In this document: positions 25,895 to 39,800 of the stretch, piece by piece | How positions within the stretch are numbered: position 1 is the stretch's first letter | Layout of the letters: each line of letters opens with the position of its first letter | Notes under the pieces: generated by a model | What the model was told of the DNA's origin: nothing | The model's input: the letters and a program-made list of their open reading frames with translations, nothing else | Databases searched by the model: none | From: Rhynchobatus australiae | Taxonomy: Eukaryota | NCBI GenBank assembly: GCA_034780895.1 | Contig: JAUZTB010000069.1 | Coordinates: 13,221,812-13,285,811, forward strand | Length of the DNA stretch: 64,000 nucleotides | Direction of reading: 5' to 3' | Position numbers and translations under genes: made by a program

Positions 25895-26240
25895 AAAGCA
25901 AGATATTGGTGGAAATGTGAAAGGAAAACAGAAAGTGCTGGAAATAGTCAGCAGATTAGGCAGTATTGGTGGAGAGATAATGTTTCATTAGAACAAGCTT
26001 CAAATGAGTAGGAAAGCCAGGAAGGTGAAACAAAAGGGATGGTGTGACAGTGTGGAATGCAAAAAAGGTTGTAGGGATGTAAGGCAAAAGGGGGAGAGTA
26101 TGAAACACAAAGTCAAAGCTTATGTTAGGAACACGTAAATGGAAATAGCCAACTCACTAACAACTACTCCTGGATGGAAAAATGAGGTGATGATCAGAAA
26201 TTTTAGAACTTAACATTGAACCAATCACAGTTATAATTGT
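25895..26240 (-). mobile_element. Penelope-related element (one arm plus adjacent body)
   Basis: The arm aaacagaaagtgctggaaatagtcagcagattaggcagtattggtggagag is followed by purine-rich sequence. Confidence 0.55.
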
Positions 26241-27829
26241 GCTTCAGCTCTTATCTATAGCTTACTTGTGGCATGAAACACATATGGGCTTTCAACAGGA
26301 CTGCTCACTTCATGCATGCACGGGCTGGGATTGTATAGGCCTGTTACTGTTTCATAGGATAAGTTTTATGTTTATTCCTCAAGCAACACCCCTAACTCAC
26401 ATTTATCTAGCTATTGCTGATTGGAAGTCTTTGCTGTGTGTAAATTGGTTGTTATACTTCCCTAAATTACAAAACTTCTGGTGTATGAAGTTCTTTGGGT
26501 TATCTAAAGTCATGAAAATTGCTAATAAATACAAATTCTTTTCACAGCATCATAAATTTAAAAAAAGAGGGATGTAAAACTACACCATCTAATGACCTCT
26601 CCCGGTCAGGTCCATTACTGTTGGATGTGGAACAGTTTCCTTACACACTTCACGTCATACCTTTAGACAAGCCAAGAGAGCATCCAGGTTCTGTCAGTGT
26701 AACATCTTTCCATTTCTGAATCCAGCTACCCTGGCTGAGTGATATTGCTAATTAGATAGAGCCTACATTGTGTGAAGAGTCCCAAAGTGCTGGAAAATGG
26801 AATGGGCTGCACAATTTCATACTATTGTAGGCAAAGGGGAAAGACTTAGTGAGATCCTTTGTCTGTTAATAACCTAATAAACTTGAGTTCATACTCAGTT
26901 GAACAACTTTTTAATAACCAAGAAGGCTTTGAATGTCTGACTATCAAGATCAACGTTGATCCTTCTGATCATTGGAAATTTGCATTACTCCTCCCTGCTC
27001 TTTGATCAGTAAAACAGCAGCAATGATTGCACTCTGCTTCCCTTTTAAATGTTACCATGTCAGCTGGAAAGAAAACAAGTGGAATATTTACAGAAATAAG
27101 GGGTCCAACAAATAAATTGCCTTACCTCAACACAACACTACAGATTGATGGTTGCATTGGTATGCATGGGTGATAAATCACCCATGGTACAGGGTAGGGT
27201 GGGCCTTTTAAAGGGACCTTGCTATCTCCTTAGAGTGTGTAAAGGTGACTATGATCCATTTTAAAACGAATCATGCTTCCAAAGATGCTGTGTGCTTTAA
27301 TCTGAAGAGTGGTAACATTATCCTGGAATTTAGGTGGGGAGAGAGGGTGGAGCAATGTAAAGTCAGGGTGGGACAAGCCTCACCTGGCTCTGATGCTTTT
27401 CCTTCATTCACACACCCACAAATATGTACACAAACACCTGGAGGCACAGGCACAAACACACTGCTGTTACTTTCAGATGTACATAATACTATAAATCTTG
27501 GATGACCTTTGATAAAGTTATTTACTTGCTCGCTTACCTCACTATCTCAGTCATCTATTTCAGCCCTCCAATGTGTTTTTCCAGTTCTAGTCTCAGTGAC
27601 TTCTTTCTCTCTGTCTGAGGAGGCCATGGCTTTAGCTGCTGGGGTCTTAAGCTTCAGAAACCTTGCCCTAATCCTCTCCATCTTTGTATTTTCCTGTCCT
27701 CGTATGATGGGCTCCTTAAAGCCTACCTCTTTGATCATGTATCTTGATTCCCCTGCCCTCATTACATTATGTTTGATACTTCTGTGAGGGAAACGATTGT
27801 TGTTTCTGCCTAGTAATGAAGAATGTACA

Positions 27830-28165
27830 TGTGTACAAGGTTAAGACTGATTTGGAATAGTTAAATGGAGGAAAACTGCTCCCATTAGTGTATAGTTCAG
27901 GGACCAGACAATGCAGAAGTTACAAAGGAGGATACAAGGAAGAACTTTTTAGAGGTGGAACTCACAATCTGCAAAGATGATGGAAACAGAATTAATCAGG
28001 GTTTCATAAGGGAATTGGAAAGGCAGTTGATGAGAAATAATTTGCAGGTCTATGGGAAAAGACTAGGGGAATGGGGCTGATGATATTATTCCACAAGGGG
28101 GTGGCATTGACTCAATGGGCCGAATGGCCCTCTTCCATGTTGTAACAATTCTATTATCCTATTCT
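27830..28165 (+). mobile_element. CR1 LINE 3' fragment
   Basis: Reads atgtgtacaag...gaaaactgctccca...aagggaattgga...tgggccgaatggccctcttccatgttgtaacaattctat. Confidence 0.75.
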
Positions 28166-29394
28166 AAGGGAATTTAAAGGGAGAATGTTAGAAGGATAAA
28201 ATGTTGTTGTTAAGCTATCTCCAATATGATAGATCAGGAGTGTACAGGCACTGTCACTATTATTATGCACATTCATGGTAGGAAAAGGGGGATCTGTTCT
28301 TCCTTAACACTGTAGCATTTATTGATAAATGGGCTACATTGTGTAAATGTTCCTTTCTTTCTCCTATTCGTGCCTGTTCCAGAGTGACCCAGTGTATTTC
28401 ATTGACACTGGCCTGCACCCCCAGTGGAGTGAAAGAGTGGATAAAAACTGCAGTGTGCTTGTATTTCTTTCTATGTCTCTGCATTCATTTGAAACCTTCA
28501 ACCTGTTTGTCTGGCCTGCGTTGGGCAAAATAACAATACATTATTGAGCAAATGTGTTGCTGAAATCAGCTTTTATAGACCCAGCATTGTGCAAGGCCAC
28601 AATTGTTGGGGCTGATGAATGCTGTTAGTCACACAGCCTGAGCAGGGAATATTGCAAGGTCTCAAGCCAGGCATTAATAGTGTAATTATGGCTGTGGCTC
28701 TGACGAGATAATTAAGATTCAGCAATGGGAGGAGGTCTGTGACTCTTCACAGCAATGCTGATGTATTTGCATTCTCAGTGAACTATGCACATCTCAAAAT
28801 CAAACAGGGTCGCGATTATCCTCTAGTCATTTCAGGGTCTTTTACCTTGCAGACAACTGAAGGCACCATGTTCTCCCCACCAGCTGGTTCCAGAGCACAA
28901 ACAACCTAGAANNNNNNNNCTAGAAAATAAGCGATGAACTTGTGGCTCTGTATAATTGCTGTGAGTTAAGAAGATCAATTTTGTAAAAGCAGCTCAGAGC
29001 TGTTTCCCCAATGTTTGAATGTCTCTCTCCAGTAGAGGAGTGAAACTAACATTGGACTTTAAAAAGGCCAGGGTGAGGATTGGGACAAGGTGAATGGGAA
29101 AAGAGGCCCCCCCCTCCCCAGCTCCACTGCCAGCTCAGCCATGCCATGCATTGAATTGGACTAATCACCAGGGACAATGCTTAGGTTTTGCTGAGTTGGC
29201 TGGTGAGTAAAGGAAGGTGCTTCAACAAATGGGCTAAACACCACTGGGTAAGTGAATAATATTGCTGAAGGTCTGGGAGCTGGAGCTGGGATGTATCTTT
29301 TTTTTTGTGAATGTTGGGCAAGAATGGGTTTGTCCTTGGCTTTGATTCCCTCCATCAAATAGTCCCTTGATGTTCATCAACTGAAGGAAGGGCT

Positions 29395-29745
29395 TATTTA
29401 TTACAGAGCCCTTTGTAACTTCAGTACAGCCCCAGCATCCCACAACCAATTAAGTATATTTGAAGTGTTGTAGTTGTTGCAATGTCAGAAAGTCAGAGCA
29501 AGGTCCAACAAACAGCAACATGGAAATGGCCAGGCAATCTGCTTCTAATAGCACTTGGGGGGTGGAGGGTGGATAAATATTGGCCAGGATGCCCAGGGAT
29601 AAACCCTCTGCTTGGCTTCAAAATAATAACATGGGATCTTTTCCATCTGCCTGANNNNNNNNATGAGGTTTGGAGGCACTTCCTCTGTACAGCACCAGAA
29701 TGTCAACTTAGAGGGACATACTCAGCTGTCAAAGACTTGAGTGTT
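29395..29745 (-). mobile_element. Deu-domain SINE
   Basis: ggataaatattggccaggatgcccagggataaac...catgggatctttt is the reverse complement of the Deu core. Confidence 0.7.
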
Positions 29746-31337
29746 ACCCACTACCCCAAGGCTGCCAGCAGGGCTCTCGTATGAAAAATCTTTCCTTAAA
29801 TGGGAGTTGGCTCTGACTAAGGTGTACTCCAACAAAAATAAATCGCCTTGAGAGACACTGTACAGGAAATAGGAAAGAAAGCAAATTCAACAATCTTTAC
29901 ATATTTAACTGAAGGTAAATGATAAATTAAAGATTTAGTGGAGAAGATTAATGAGGAGGTAACAGTTTCAACATGCATAGTTTCTGAAAACTGCACAAGT
30001 TGTTTATGTGCTTCTCTGAGGAATGTTGGGCAGCAGAACTTTCTGCTCCTCCCAGTTCCGGCATTGCCCTGCTCCTTGTAACCGGACAAGCTGAGAAGAC
30101 ACAGTTACTGAAATTCTATTGTTTCTGTTTATTGTCACAAATATTCAAAACTAAAGGGATAGTGATAGTGGACTACTTCTTCAAAAAGAGCCCTACCTTG
30201 GCTCTATCAATATTGGTAGATGGGTTACCTGGTGCATGGCACATACTCTCTTATATTCGTTCTGCTCCTTTTCATTTTTATTCCTAATACTTAGAAGAGT
30301 GAAAGATGGCAGTGCTTACTTTATTTCCCTTGACGTTCTTGAGCATTATCTCCAGCCTCCAGAAGACTGTAACTGGATTGAGATGACTTTTCTTTACCAC
30401 TTCTCAACAGTGGAGCATAATCATCCAAAAGCTACTTCTGATCACTTCCAGTGCTGCAGTTGCGATGGGTGGGTATGTGTGTAAGTATGGGGCAGTTGGA
30501 AACAGGATCGAGCCTATTTGCTTCCCTCTGCAGTCGAATGCCTATCGCTGTTCACTGTCGAAACTTGCAGATCAAGAATGGATAATTGAGGGTTTCGGGG
30601 AGTAGCTGTGGGACTGAGTCATCAACTTGTATGAGGGGAAAAATCCAGCACTGCAAGGAGGAAGTGTTCTAAGAATGACATTTGCTNNNNNNNNNNCATT
30701 ATGATTATTTTGAGATGCAGAACAAGGTTGAGAAGCTTCCCTTTATGTTGCTAAGTGTCTTTTAGATCACTAGTTTTGAAAGTGACCTTATAACTTCTGA
30801 GAAATACATTTCTTAGAACTAAAACACAATCAAGCACTCTATCCTAATAGTGTACTCTGAACACATTATCTTAAAAAGTGGTTCAGCAAGCATTGTTCAA
30901 TGCTTTGGTGGCTGTAGCTGAATATGATGTTAAATAGCAACTGTGCCTTCTTACAGTTGTGACTGTATCCTGCCTGAATAGAGAACCTGGATAATTCTGA
31001 CAAGCCAAATTTTTTGAGGTCCACATTTTCATAATGTGTCCTTGAACATGAACCAGAAATGCACAGAGAACCTTCTCTGACCACAGAGGAGACAGATCAG
31101 CCCATTCCTTGTGTTCCAATCTGTCCACCCCCTAGATTTCATTTTCACAAGACTTGTAGTGTCGAGTCATTAACTCTCATGAAAGGCTTGCCTCACATCA
31201 GTGCTGGCTAAATACTTGGGCTCTCAATAAAATTCTTAACTATCAGCTTTGTTATCCGAATCTAATTTTGGAACAACTAGGTAACAAAGCTCATAGCATT
31301 GTGGCTCATTTGCTAGCACCTTTGACTCCTGAGTCAA

Positions 31338-31552
31338 AGCAGAAACTGCTAGAAACATTTCAGCAGATCAGGCAACATCTGTGGAAGGAGAACCAGAGTT
31401 AACGTTTCAGGTCAAAGATCCTATTTCAGATCTGAAACGTTAGGCAGCATTTGTGGAACTAGGAACATAGATGGTTCTCTTTCCACAGATGCTGCCTGAT
31501 CTGCTAAGTGTTTTCAGCATTTTCTGCTTTTATTTCAGACTTCTAGCATTGG
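31338..31552. mobile_element. Palindromic Penelope-related element with GAAACGTT intact on both arms
   Basis: cagcagatcaggcaacatctgtggaaggagaacca pairs with tggttctctttccacagatgctgcctgatctgct. The centre reads taacgtttcaggtc...gatctgaaacgtta. Confidence 0.8.
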
Positions 31553-31574
31553 CATTTATTACGATTAATTTTGG

Positions 31575-31900
31575 TGCAGTACTGCAGTCCAGTACTGTCA
31601 GAGTGGTGTGCTGTTGTAGCTGTTTTCTGTTAAATGAGGCACTAAGCAAAAGCCTAATTTGCTGTTTAGGTTGGGTGTGAAAGATCCCATGATTATATAT
31701 TTTGATGAAGAATAGCAGAGTTCTTTCTGCTGTCCTTCAACAGTCATCATTAATTTGATGATCTGGGTCATTATTACATTACTGCTTGTAGGAGCTTGCT
31801 GAGTGCATATTGGCTCTGATTTCCTTCATCACATCAAGGCCGTGCTTTAAAGTGCTTCATGCTCTGTAAGGTTCTTTGGGGCAACCTGATGTAATAAAAG
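31575..31900 (+). mobile_element. Deu-domain SINE
   Basis: Reads gggtgtgaaagatcccatg...gaagaatagcagagttct...gtcattattacattactgcttgtaggagcttgct. Confidence 0.7.
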
Positions 31901-33504
31901 GTGTGTTTGATTTGCTAATCTCTCCTATTTGACCCAGACACCTGTAGTTTATCAGAATCAACCTGCTGCGAGCTGTAAAGAAATGAGATGTCTATCTGGT
32001 ACCTGCAGGTCTTGTATTCCCTATTGAATTAATGAAGTAGATCTCAGGTGTGGTGTTAATGATTCCCAAAGTTCCCAGTTCAACTCCCTCTTCTATGCTT
32101 AGCTACCTAATTCACAAATGGGGGATGGGTTGGCAGATGATTTGGAGGAGTGAAAAGTGCTGCAATTGATCTCTGCATCAATGGGCAGTGGAGGAGAAGT
32201 GTGAGCTGGGGTTTCTGCTCCTGTCCTTTTTAATCATTGAACTCATCACTAGGGAAGCACTAGAGGCTTAAGATGTGTCCATATTCAGGTAGGAGTTAAC
32301 CCTCACATTATATCGCTCTGCCTATTCTCCCTACTCACCTTTCACTTAAAGTCCCCAAGGCAGTTGGCACCCCAGATAACCAGAGTTGCACAACAAGTGA
32401 GGAATGGGAAACCTTCCACCTATCAGTTGATCTGTAGAGTTAAACTGTAATGGAGCAGTTCTCATTGATGCTTTTCACTTTGAAATCAATTTGGATTGTA
32501 AATATTTATTGTAACCAGGGTGCCTTATCTGGCATAGCCTCTATAGGCACTAAGAGATGGGGAAGCAGTGAAAGAAGATTCAATAAACTTATGTACAAAG
32601 TTTCCATTTCATAGGTGTGGGATTAAAAAGAACATCTCAAGTGTGTAATCTGTTTGTGTTCATGTTTGTATGTGTGTTTGCACTGTGCTATCTCCACCAT
32701 GGATGGAAATTCTACCCACAGGAGTACTTGCATAAACCTGTGCAGGAAAGAATGCTGTAAATATCACTGACAATAATCTATCCAGATAAACTTTTGGAAT
32801 AGGAAAGAAAGACATGGGCAGACCTGCATTAAGCTGTACCATGGCACAACTCTGAGAATCTTTTCAAAGTCCTATCCAAGTCAGTAATCACAGCTGACAT
32901 CCACATACAATAAACAAGACTATTTTGGTTGAGGGAAGAAAGTGACCCAGACTCATTAGAATCTGTTATTATGTACCTGAACAGACAGAACTGGGTTGCA
33001 GCTCTGTGTCCATGTATGCAAGCATTCAGTGTGATGTTGTTGGAAAAGAGAATCCTGTGGTGTGTCTGCTTTGTAATAATGTTATCAAACAGAATACATC
33101 TCAACACTCAATGTGGGTTAAATGTTATGGCCTGTAGATAAACCATTTCTTTTGATGTATATAATTGGTACTTCAATGAAGTTGTGAAGGCATTACAGAT
33201 TGGTATAGAAATGGGACCTTGGATAGCTTTTCTGCAGGATTTTTGGAGGACATTATCTATTACTGAGTTTGCAGCACCAAACTGTTTTCCTGTGACACTC
33301 AAACAGAATTTCATTTGTCCAAGGTCTTTATGTATGCTAATGAGAGTGCATAGCAGAACAAGCCTCAGTAGCACAAGATTATGGTATTGATTTATCACTA
33401 GGCTACTTGTGTATTCCAAGTTCAGCCACGTCACTGTTGAACTGTAGTGGGACAACATATCTGCTCCCACTCATTATTTACTGAGCCTCTGCATGCATGA
33501 GTAA

Positions 33505-34577
33505 AATCAAAGTGTGGATTTAAAAATGAACAAGTTCATTCGGAACTTTTGAAGATGAAAAATATGACATTCAAACATGCATGCAAAATTGCTGTTTCTA
33601 TCGAGGTGACATCCAAGAATGCTGGAGAATTTCATCCATTGCCAGCGACTGACGCAGGTGCAGGTCTACACTACACGTAGTAGTGGCAGCAAGTGGACCA
33701 ACCTTTGAGTAAAGGGGTTGATCACACTGATATGTGAAATGATACTGCTACAGACTGGAAATAAGTCAAGATATTTTTTATGATGTCAAGTTTATCCCTA
33801 AACTATCAACAGAGAGCATTGTAAACCTATTCGGGTGAGATATGAGTCGGTAGGGACAATGGAGGGCACAGTGCAACGCAATATATAGTGTGCACAGCTA
33901 CCCATCATTCGAGCAAACCATGAAAACAGGCCAACATTCATTGAGAAGAACTGGTCAAGACAACGCAAGCTAGATTGAAAGAATGTTTTCACAGTTGATG
34001 GATCAAAGGAAGAGATTTTGGCCAAACTTCGTACTGAACACAAGTAACCAAAAAAAATTATTTTAATAACCTTGTTTTGACAAAGACTTTTAAGTCATTG
34101 GAAATTCAAATGCGGTGTTCACCAAAATTGTTGGAACAAGCCACCAAAAACTGTTCATGGCCTATGAGACATTTAATGAAAACTTGCATGTATTTTCTGA
34201 AAAAAGAGAATGACATTCTCCTGTTACTGATCAATATTCGGAGTGTAGATTGATTTTTACCATATGGGCTCAAATGCCACTACTGAACACACTATTGATA
34301 AATCGATGTCTATGTGCATCTCATGGCTTATTTGATGAGCACGTGTCAGACAATGACCACCAGTTTTAATCTACAGTACTTTGTTCAGAACATTTTGAGA
34401 TGGAATGGTACCCAATGTACTCTCATCACTTCATATCATCTAGCTTCAAATAAAGCAGGAGAGAGATCAGTCAGTTAAGGAAGCTCTCAGGACGAGGGCT
34501 GCAGGAACATTTGCAACTCAGCATAAAACATCACTTGCCCAATTTCTTGCTGAAGTACAGAACAATATGCGCCACCG
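33505..34577 (+). mobile_element. Gypsy/Ty3 LTR retrotransposon relic (gag, protease and integrase fragments; RT/RNase H absent)
   Basis: Gag-like CGFKNEQVHSELLKMKNMTFKHACKIAVSIEVTSKNA from 33513. Protease-end-like PTFIEKNW..RKLD near 33930-33975. Integrase ASHGLFDEHVSDNDHQF (34316-34366), SYHLASNKAGER (from 34431) and NFLLKYRT. Stops and frameshifts are present, and the element runs into an N gap. Confidence 0.85.
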
Positions 34578-35958
34578 NNNNNNNNNNNNNNNNNNNNNNN
34601 NNNNNNNNNNNNNNNNNNNNNNNNNNNNNNNNNNNNNNNNNNNNNNNNNNNNNNNNNNNNNNNNNNNNNNNNNNNNNNNNNNNNNNNNNNNNNNNNNNNN
34701 NNNNNNNNNNNNNNNNNNNNNNNNNNNNNNNNNNNNNNNNNNNNNNNNNNNNNNNNNNNNGGGAAGTAGGAGCCATGGCAGAAGTTTGAGGAACTAAGAG
34801 ATACTCGGTTGCAATTAGTGACAAAATCTTAAGTAATCATGTAGATTAAGTTTTCTCTGCTGGAGATGAATCAAATCTGGATGGGAATCCTTTTGATCAT
34901 GAGGTTTATTCCAAGTTGGATCCAGTGCAGACTTCAGGAAGTAAAAATAAGTAATCCTACAAGCCTGACAAACAGAATCTCCTTTTGAGTTTAAATCTAG
35001 AACTAAATGATTCAATAAAATTTTATGGAGATTAGGAAGACTTTTGAAAACCAGTTAAAAGATTTATGGTTATTGCTCATTTAAAAGAGAGCCACTTGTA
35101 ATTCAATGAAAAGTTGATTAGTAATTTGTACTTCATTTTTAAAGTGTAAAAGGTATCAACAAAAATACCTTTCTCTATAAGGGGGGGGAGGAGCAATGTG
35201 GCATTTCTGTGGTGGGCAAACAATGTGATCTTCTTATCAGGAGAGTTCTGTGGTGTGCTCACTTTAAACAATGACATTAAATGAAACATTCATTCTGTAA
35301 CATGAAAATTCCACATGTGGGTTAAGTTCCAATTTGCACATGAACCAGTACCTCTTTTGATACATATGTACCTTAATGCATTTGTGAAGTCTGGAATTGG
35401 AAGTCATCTGAACTGAACTAACAGCTGTCCTCACCGAAACTCTTGATGCAAGCAGCATCCAATGAGTAGGACTGACAAGGTTGGTGGATTTTGTTCACTG
35501 ACCAACACCCATGGCCCCCATCACACTCCAACAACATGCATTCTCTTCAATGGTTGTTGTCAATGACTTTGTTTGCATGATCAAATATTCCAGAGAGCCA
35601 GTAACACCTGGTCCTACCAGCAATGTAGAACTGTTCCAAAAGTGCATCACTACTTTGGTCCTGCACTTGGGAGTCTCAGCCTGGATTATGTATATCATCA
35701 GTTTATCCAATGACGCTTTTAGTTTAAGAACCAGGTCATTCTCCCAGCCCAGATTACCTGGGAATTAACTCTTTGCAGAAAGCAGTTATTATCTGAATGT
35801 CTTTGTGGCACAAATGGCATTGTTTTACAATATGAAAGGCATTATATAAATGCAGTTTGTGGTTGAAGCTATCTTCAGGCTTAATCTAGATGCATCTTGA
35901 GCGAGGCATTATGTAATATTCCTAAACGTGGTGATAGCAGCTGCTGAGGTAGAACCAG

Positions 35959-35994
35959 TGTGACGTCACAGTGGGGAAACTCCAGCCACATGTG
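35959..35994. promoter_or_regulatory. Cluster of CRE, NF-kB-like and E-box motifs in intron 1
   Basis: TGTGACGTCACA (35959-35970), GGGAAACTCC (35974-35983) and CACATGTG (35987-35994). Motif matches only. Confidence 0.35.
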
Positions 35995-36774
35995 ACACGA
36001 GTGTTTTCTGAAAAATGTCAGACTGAACTGCCTGGTGGTCACTTAACTTACCATTAAATGGAATTTGCAGAAGTTCTGTGGTTGTGGGTTCTTCAGAATT
36101 TACCCAAACAGAGACTCAGCAAGCCTTAAATTAGTAACCGCTCCCTTCTGAGTCATGGAAGACCCATTTGTGGAACTCTTCTGAAACTGGCCAACATTGT
36201 AAAAACATACAAGCATCATAAAGAGTGATATGAAAGTGTAAGCCGAATGATTGGTCAGTTTCCTTTTCTCACTTTCTCCTGAAGATGTCTGTGGGGGATA
36301 TTCCAGAGGCTGATCTCTCCTTTTCTGCCAACACTTTATCCAGATGGACATTTCTTAAAAGATGAGTTATTTAAACTGAACAAAAGTTAATGTCCTGCAT
36401 TTTCACTGTTTCTCATCAAAATATCTCTCATTTTAATATCAAACTTGTCAAGTGCAACCCTAGCTTTCTTCACCCCATCACTGACACACAGCCCCAAACA
36501 CTGGCTTTCTTTTCTTGAACCTTTTTAAGATGGTGCTTAAAACCTATTACTTTGCAAAGCCTTTGGTCATTTTTCCCAATAGCTTTTTTTGGCTGGGCAT
36601 CAAATTGCTTGATAATGTTCCTTTTGGTTACATATGTAAGCTGTTATATAAATGCAGATCATTATTTTGTGTTGTGTACTATGTACCTGGTGTATCCCAT
36701 AGGCAGTGATAAGGCAAATTGGGCTCTGGTGGCAATAGTTGAGGGACACTNNNNNNNNNNNNNNNNNNNNNNNT

Positions 36775-36895
36775 TCTTAAGCAAAAACACTGCAGATGCC
36801 AAAAATCTGAAATAAAAACCAAAAATTCTGGAAATACTTAGCAGGTCAGGCAGCATCTGGGAAGAGAGGACGGTCATATTTTAAATTGACCTTTT
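36775..36895 (-). mobile_element. Penelope-related element, single arm
   Basis: Reads actgcagatgccaaaaatctgaaataaaaacc...ctggaaatacttagcaggtcaggcagcatctggg. Confidence 0.7.
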
Positions 36896-39800
36896 TGTGA
36901 TATTTAAGGGTTTTCTTTCATGGCAATGAGAGCATCGCAGTTGAGTCCAAAGAAGGGTAGGGTTTTTCTTCTAGTACCTAACTGGAATTCATCTCAGTGG
37001 TTGGAATTTGAGGGGGTGGAACTATGCCTGACTTCATCCAGACCCCAAATACAGTCACATTCAGTCTTGGGTGCTGCTCTTCACAAAAGATACAGTTGCC
37101 TTTAGGGAGCGCAATAGAAATTCATCAGGATAATTCTGTGATGTAAAGAGTTAAATTCTGAAATACTGATGCATAAATTTGGCTTGTACTCCCTTGAATT
37201 TAGAAAGCAGTCCCATTTAACAAGCAAAAGCTTTTGTGTTTAAAGGACTTGTTTGGAAATTTTAAAAGTTTGTTTACACAATGCAGTGAACTGCAACAGT
37301 GGAATCATCGCTTTATCGAAAGTAACATCTGCTGCTTCTGTCTCCACCAAGCAAATAAAACAAAAAATCATTGACTGTTTTATGATGAGATTAAACAGCT
37401 TTTTCAACAGGAAGTTAAAATGAAATACATCTGGCTGTTCATTTGGTCTGCACAGAAGTTGAAGCAGTAATTGGAGCCTCAAAACCATGCACTTGCACAG
37501 GGTCATCAGACCAAACGGAGGACTGGAGGGAGGTCAAGTCTATAGGAATCATCCTTCAATGCCAACTGTTGTTCTGGCAGCTATTTCCCTTTTCATCTTC
37601 TGCAAACACACCTGTTTGTGATCAATGGATTTGATACTGGATCAAGTGTAGAATCTCATACTGCAGAAGGAGGCCATTCAGCCCATATGAATTGTGCTGA
37701 TTCTTTGGTAGTGCCAACTAAATGGTCTATTTTCCCTTCTCTTTCCCTGTAAATTACACCTCCTAAGGTATTTATCTAATTCTGTTGTGGAGCTTATTGC
37801 TTCCACTGCCCTTTTAGGAAGTGCAGTCATGATCAAATGAACTCAATGCAAACCATTCTGGTTCTTTTGCCTAGGTGATATTTAATAGTGAGATGGACCC
37901 AAACCAAAGTTTTTCATAGGCTTCTCATAGGCAAACAGAGGAAAGAGTTTTCCTTTGGCTCCTTCCTTAGGTTAGAACAGAATGTTTATCTCACTGCTGA
38001 TTGTGGTAAACACCAGGCACAGAATGCATGCTGTGTCTGCCCATACAACAGTTGCTGAACTTTGAACATGCCTTGCAAATGTGAAGCACCTGCAGCTGTG
38101 TTGATGTTGTATATCAAAGCACTATACAGTAAACAGTTCACCTCCTGAATAAATCCAGTCCTGGTTTTGTTATACACCTCTCGGAGATTGCATGGTAAAC
38201 TTTGATTTCGTAGGGACAAAGCCAAACTAAAAAAGACATTGGTCTCAATTCTGCATAGACACTGATCTCAAGAAGGAGCCAGTCCCTTTTAATTATTGAC
38301 AGATTTCACACAACCTCCATTTTAATTAAAAATTAGGCAGAATACTGATCCTAAGCAGTCATGCCCTTACCAGACTCTGTCTGTGGATAGATCACTTCCA
38401 CATTATAACAACAACTGTANNNNNNNNNNNNNNNNNNNNNNNNNNNNNNNNNNNNNNNNNNNNNNNNNNNNNNNNNNNNNNNNNNNNNNNNNNNNNNNNN
38501 NNNNNNNNNNNNNNNNNNNNNNNNNNNNNNNNNNNNNNNNNNNNNNNNNNNNNNNNNNNNNNNNNNNNNNNNNNNNNNNNNNNNNNNNNNNNNNNNNNNN
38601 NNNNNNNNNNNNNNNNNNNNNNNNNNNNNNNNNNNNNNNNNNNNNNNNNNNNNNNNNNNNNNNNNNNNNNNNNNNNNNNNNNNNNNNNNNNNNNNNNNNN
38701 NNNNNNNNNNNNNNNNNNNNNNNNNNNNNNNNNNNNNNNNNNNNNNNNNNNNNNNNNNNNNNNNNNNNNNNNNNNNNNNNNNNNNNNNNNNNNNNNNNNN
38801 NNNNNNNNNNNNNNNNNNNNNNNNNNNNNNNNNNNNNNNNNNNNNNNNNNNNNNNNNNNNNNNNNNNNNNAAGATCTCCAGAGGCATCTTACAATCCAGG
38901 TCCATTTCTGGTAGAAGGTAACATTTTGTCCTTCTCCAACCAGTTATTAATAATTAGGAAGTGAATGGAAATTGATTTCAAACAAGGCCAAGCAAATCAA
39001 GGATTTTAATGATTGATTCAGTGCATTATGTAAGAGAGTACACACTGAGGGAAAAGCCATGCACACAGTAATGGTTTGTAAATGTTTGACGAGCCTTCAC
39101 TCCTTCACCTCCAACATCTTCCAGGCTTGATTCAGGAGTGTGAGTACTTGCCTAGATGAGTACAGCTCTAACATTCAAGAAACACTTCACCATCAACCAC
39201 CCTAATCATTAATTCCCTTCACCACCAATACACTGTGACTGCAGTGTGTGGACTTCAGTAACTGCACAGTATCTGCCAAATCTGCGGTCTCTACCACCTG
39301 GGACAGAAGTAGCTAGCCCACAATAATGTAGTAACTGGGCTATGGGCCTGGCAGCAACCTTGAATTAGCATGAATTAAACAATAGGAGAGCTCTCCAGTT
39401 GTGTAAGGGATCATCCCTAAACCTCATTTTTCCACCACAGAAGTTAAAATACACACAACATTTTGCTTCTCTGGAATAGTTCTCAGAAAAGCTTAAATGT
39501 GAAAATCATTTGATATAACACAAAGCATGTGGAATATGACTTGCCATTCAAAGAGTCAACTTCAGGATTTTTAGCTGATCCCTTTATTAATGCTACTAGG
39601 TGCATGAAATGGGAGACAAAAGAATAATTCATTAGTTTATTTGAATAGGTTTCATTACCCATTGATTCACACTTGTATATTAGTTGTTGCCCTGTTCCTG
39701 CTGTTTGATAATGATACAGAGATGATCACAGGATTGACTGCCCCTGAGAGTTGAGAGCCCCTTTATTTTGTGTGGGTTTGAGGAAATAAACAATGAATCT

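Noticed and set aside
36920-36956. ATG followed by a G|GTAGG donor as an alternative first exon
   Set aside because: The donor is phase 1, which is incompatible with the phase 0 acceptor of exon 2.
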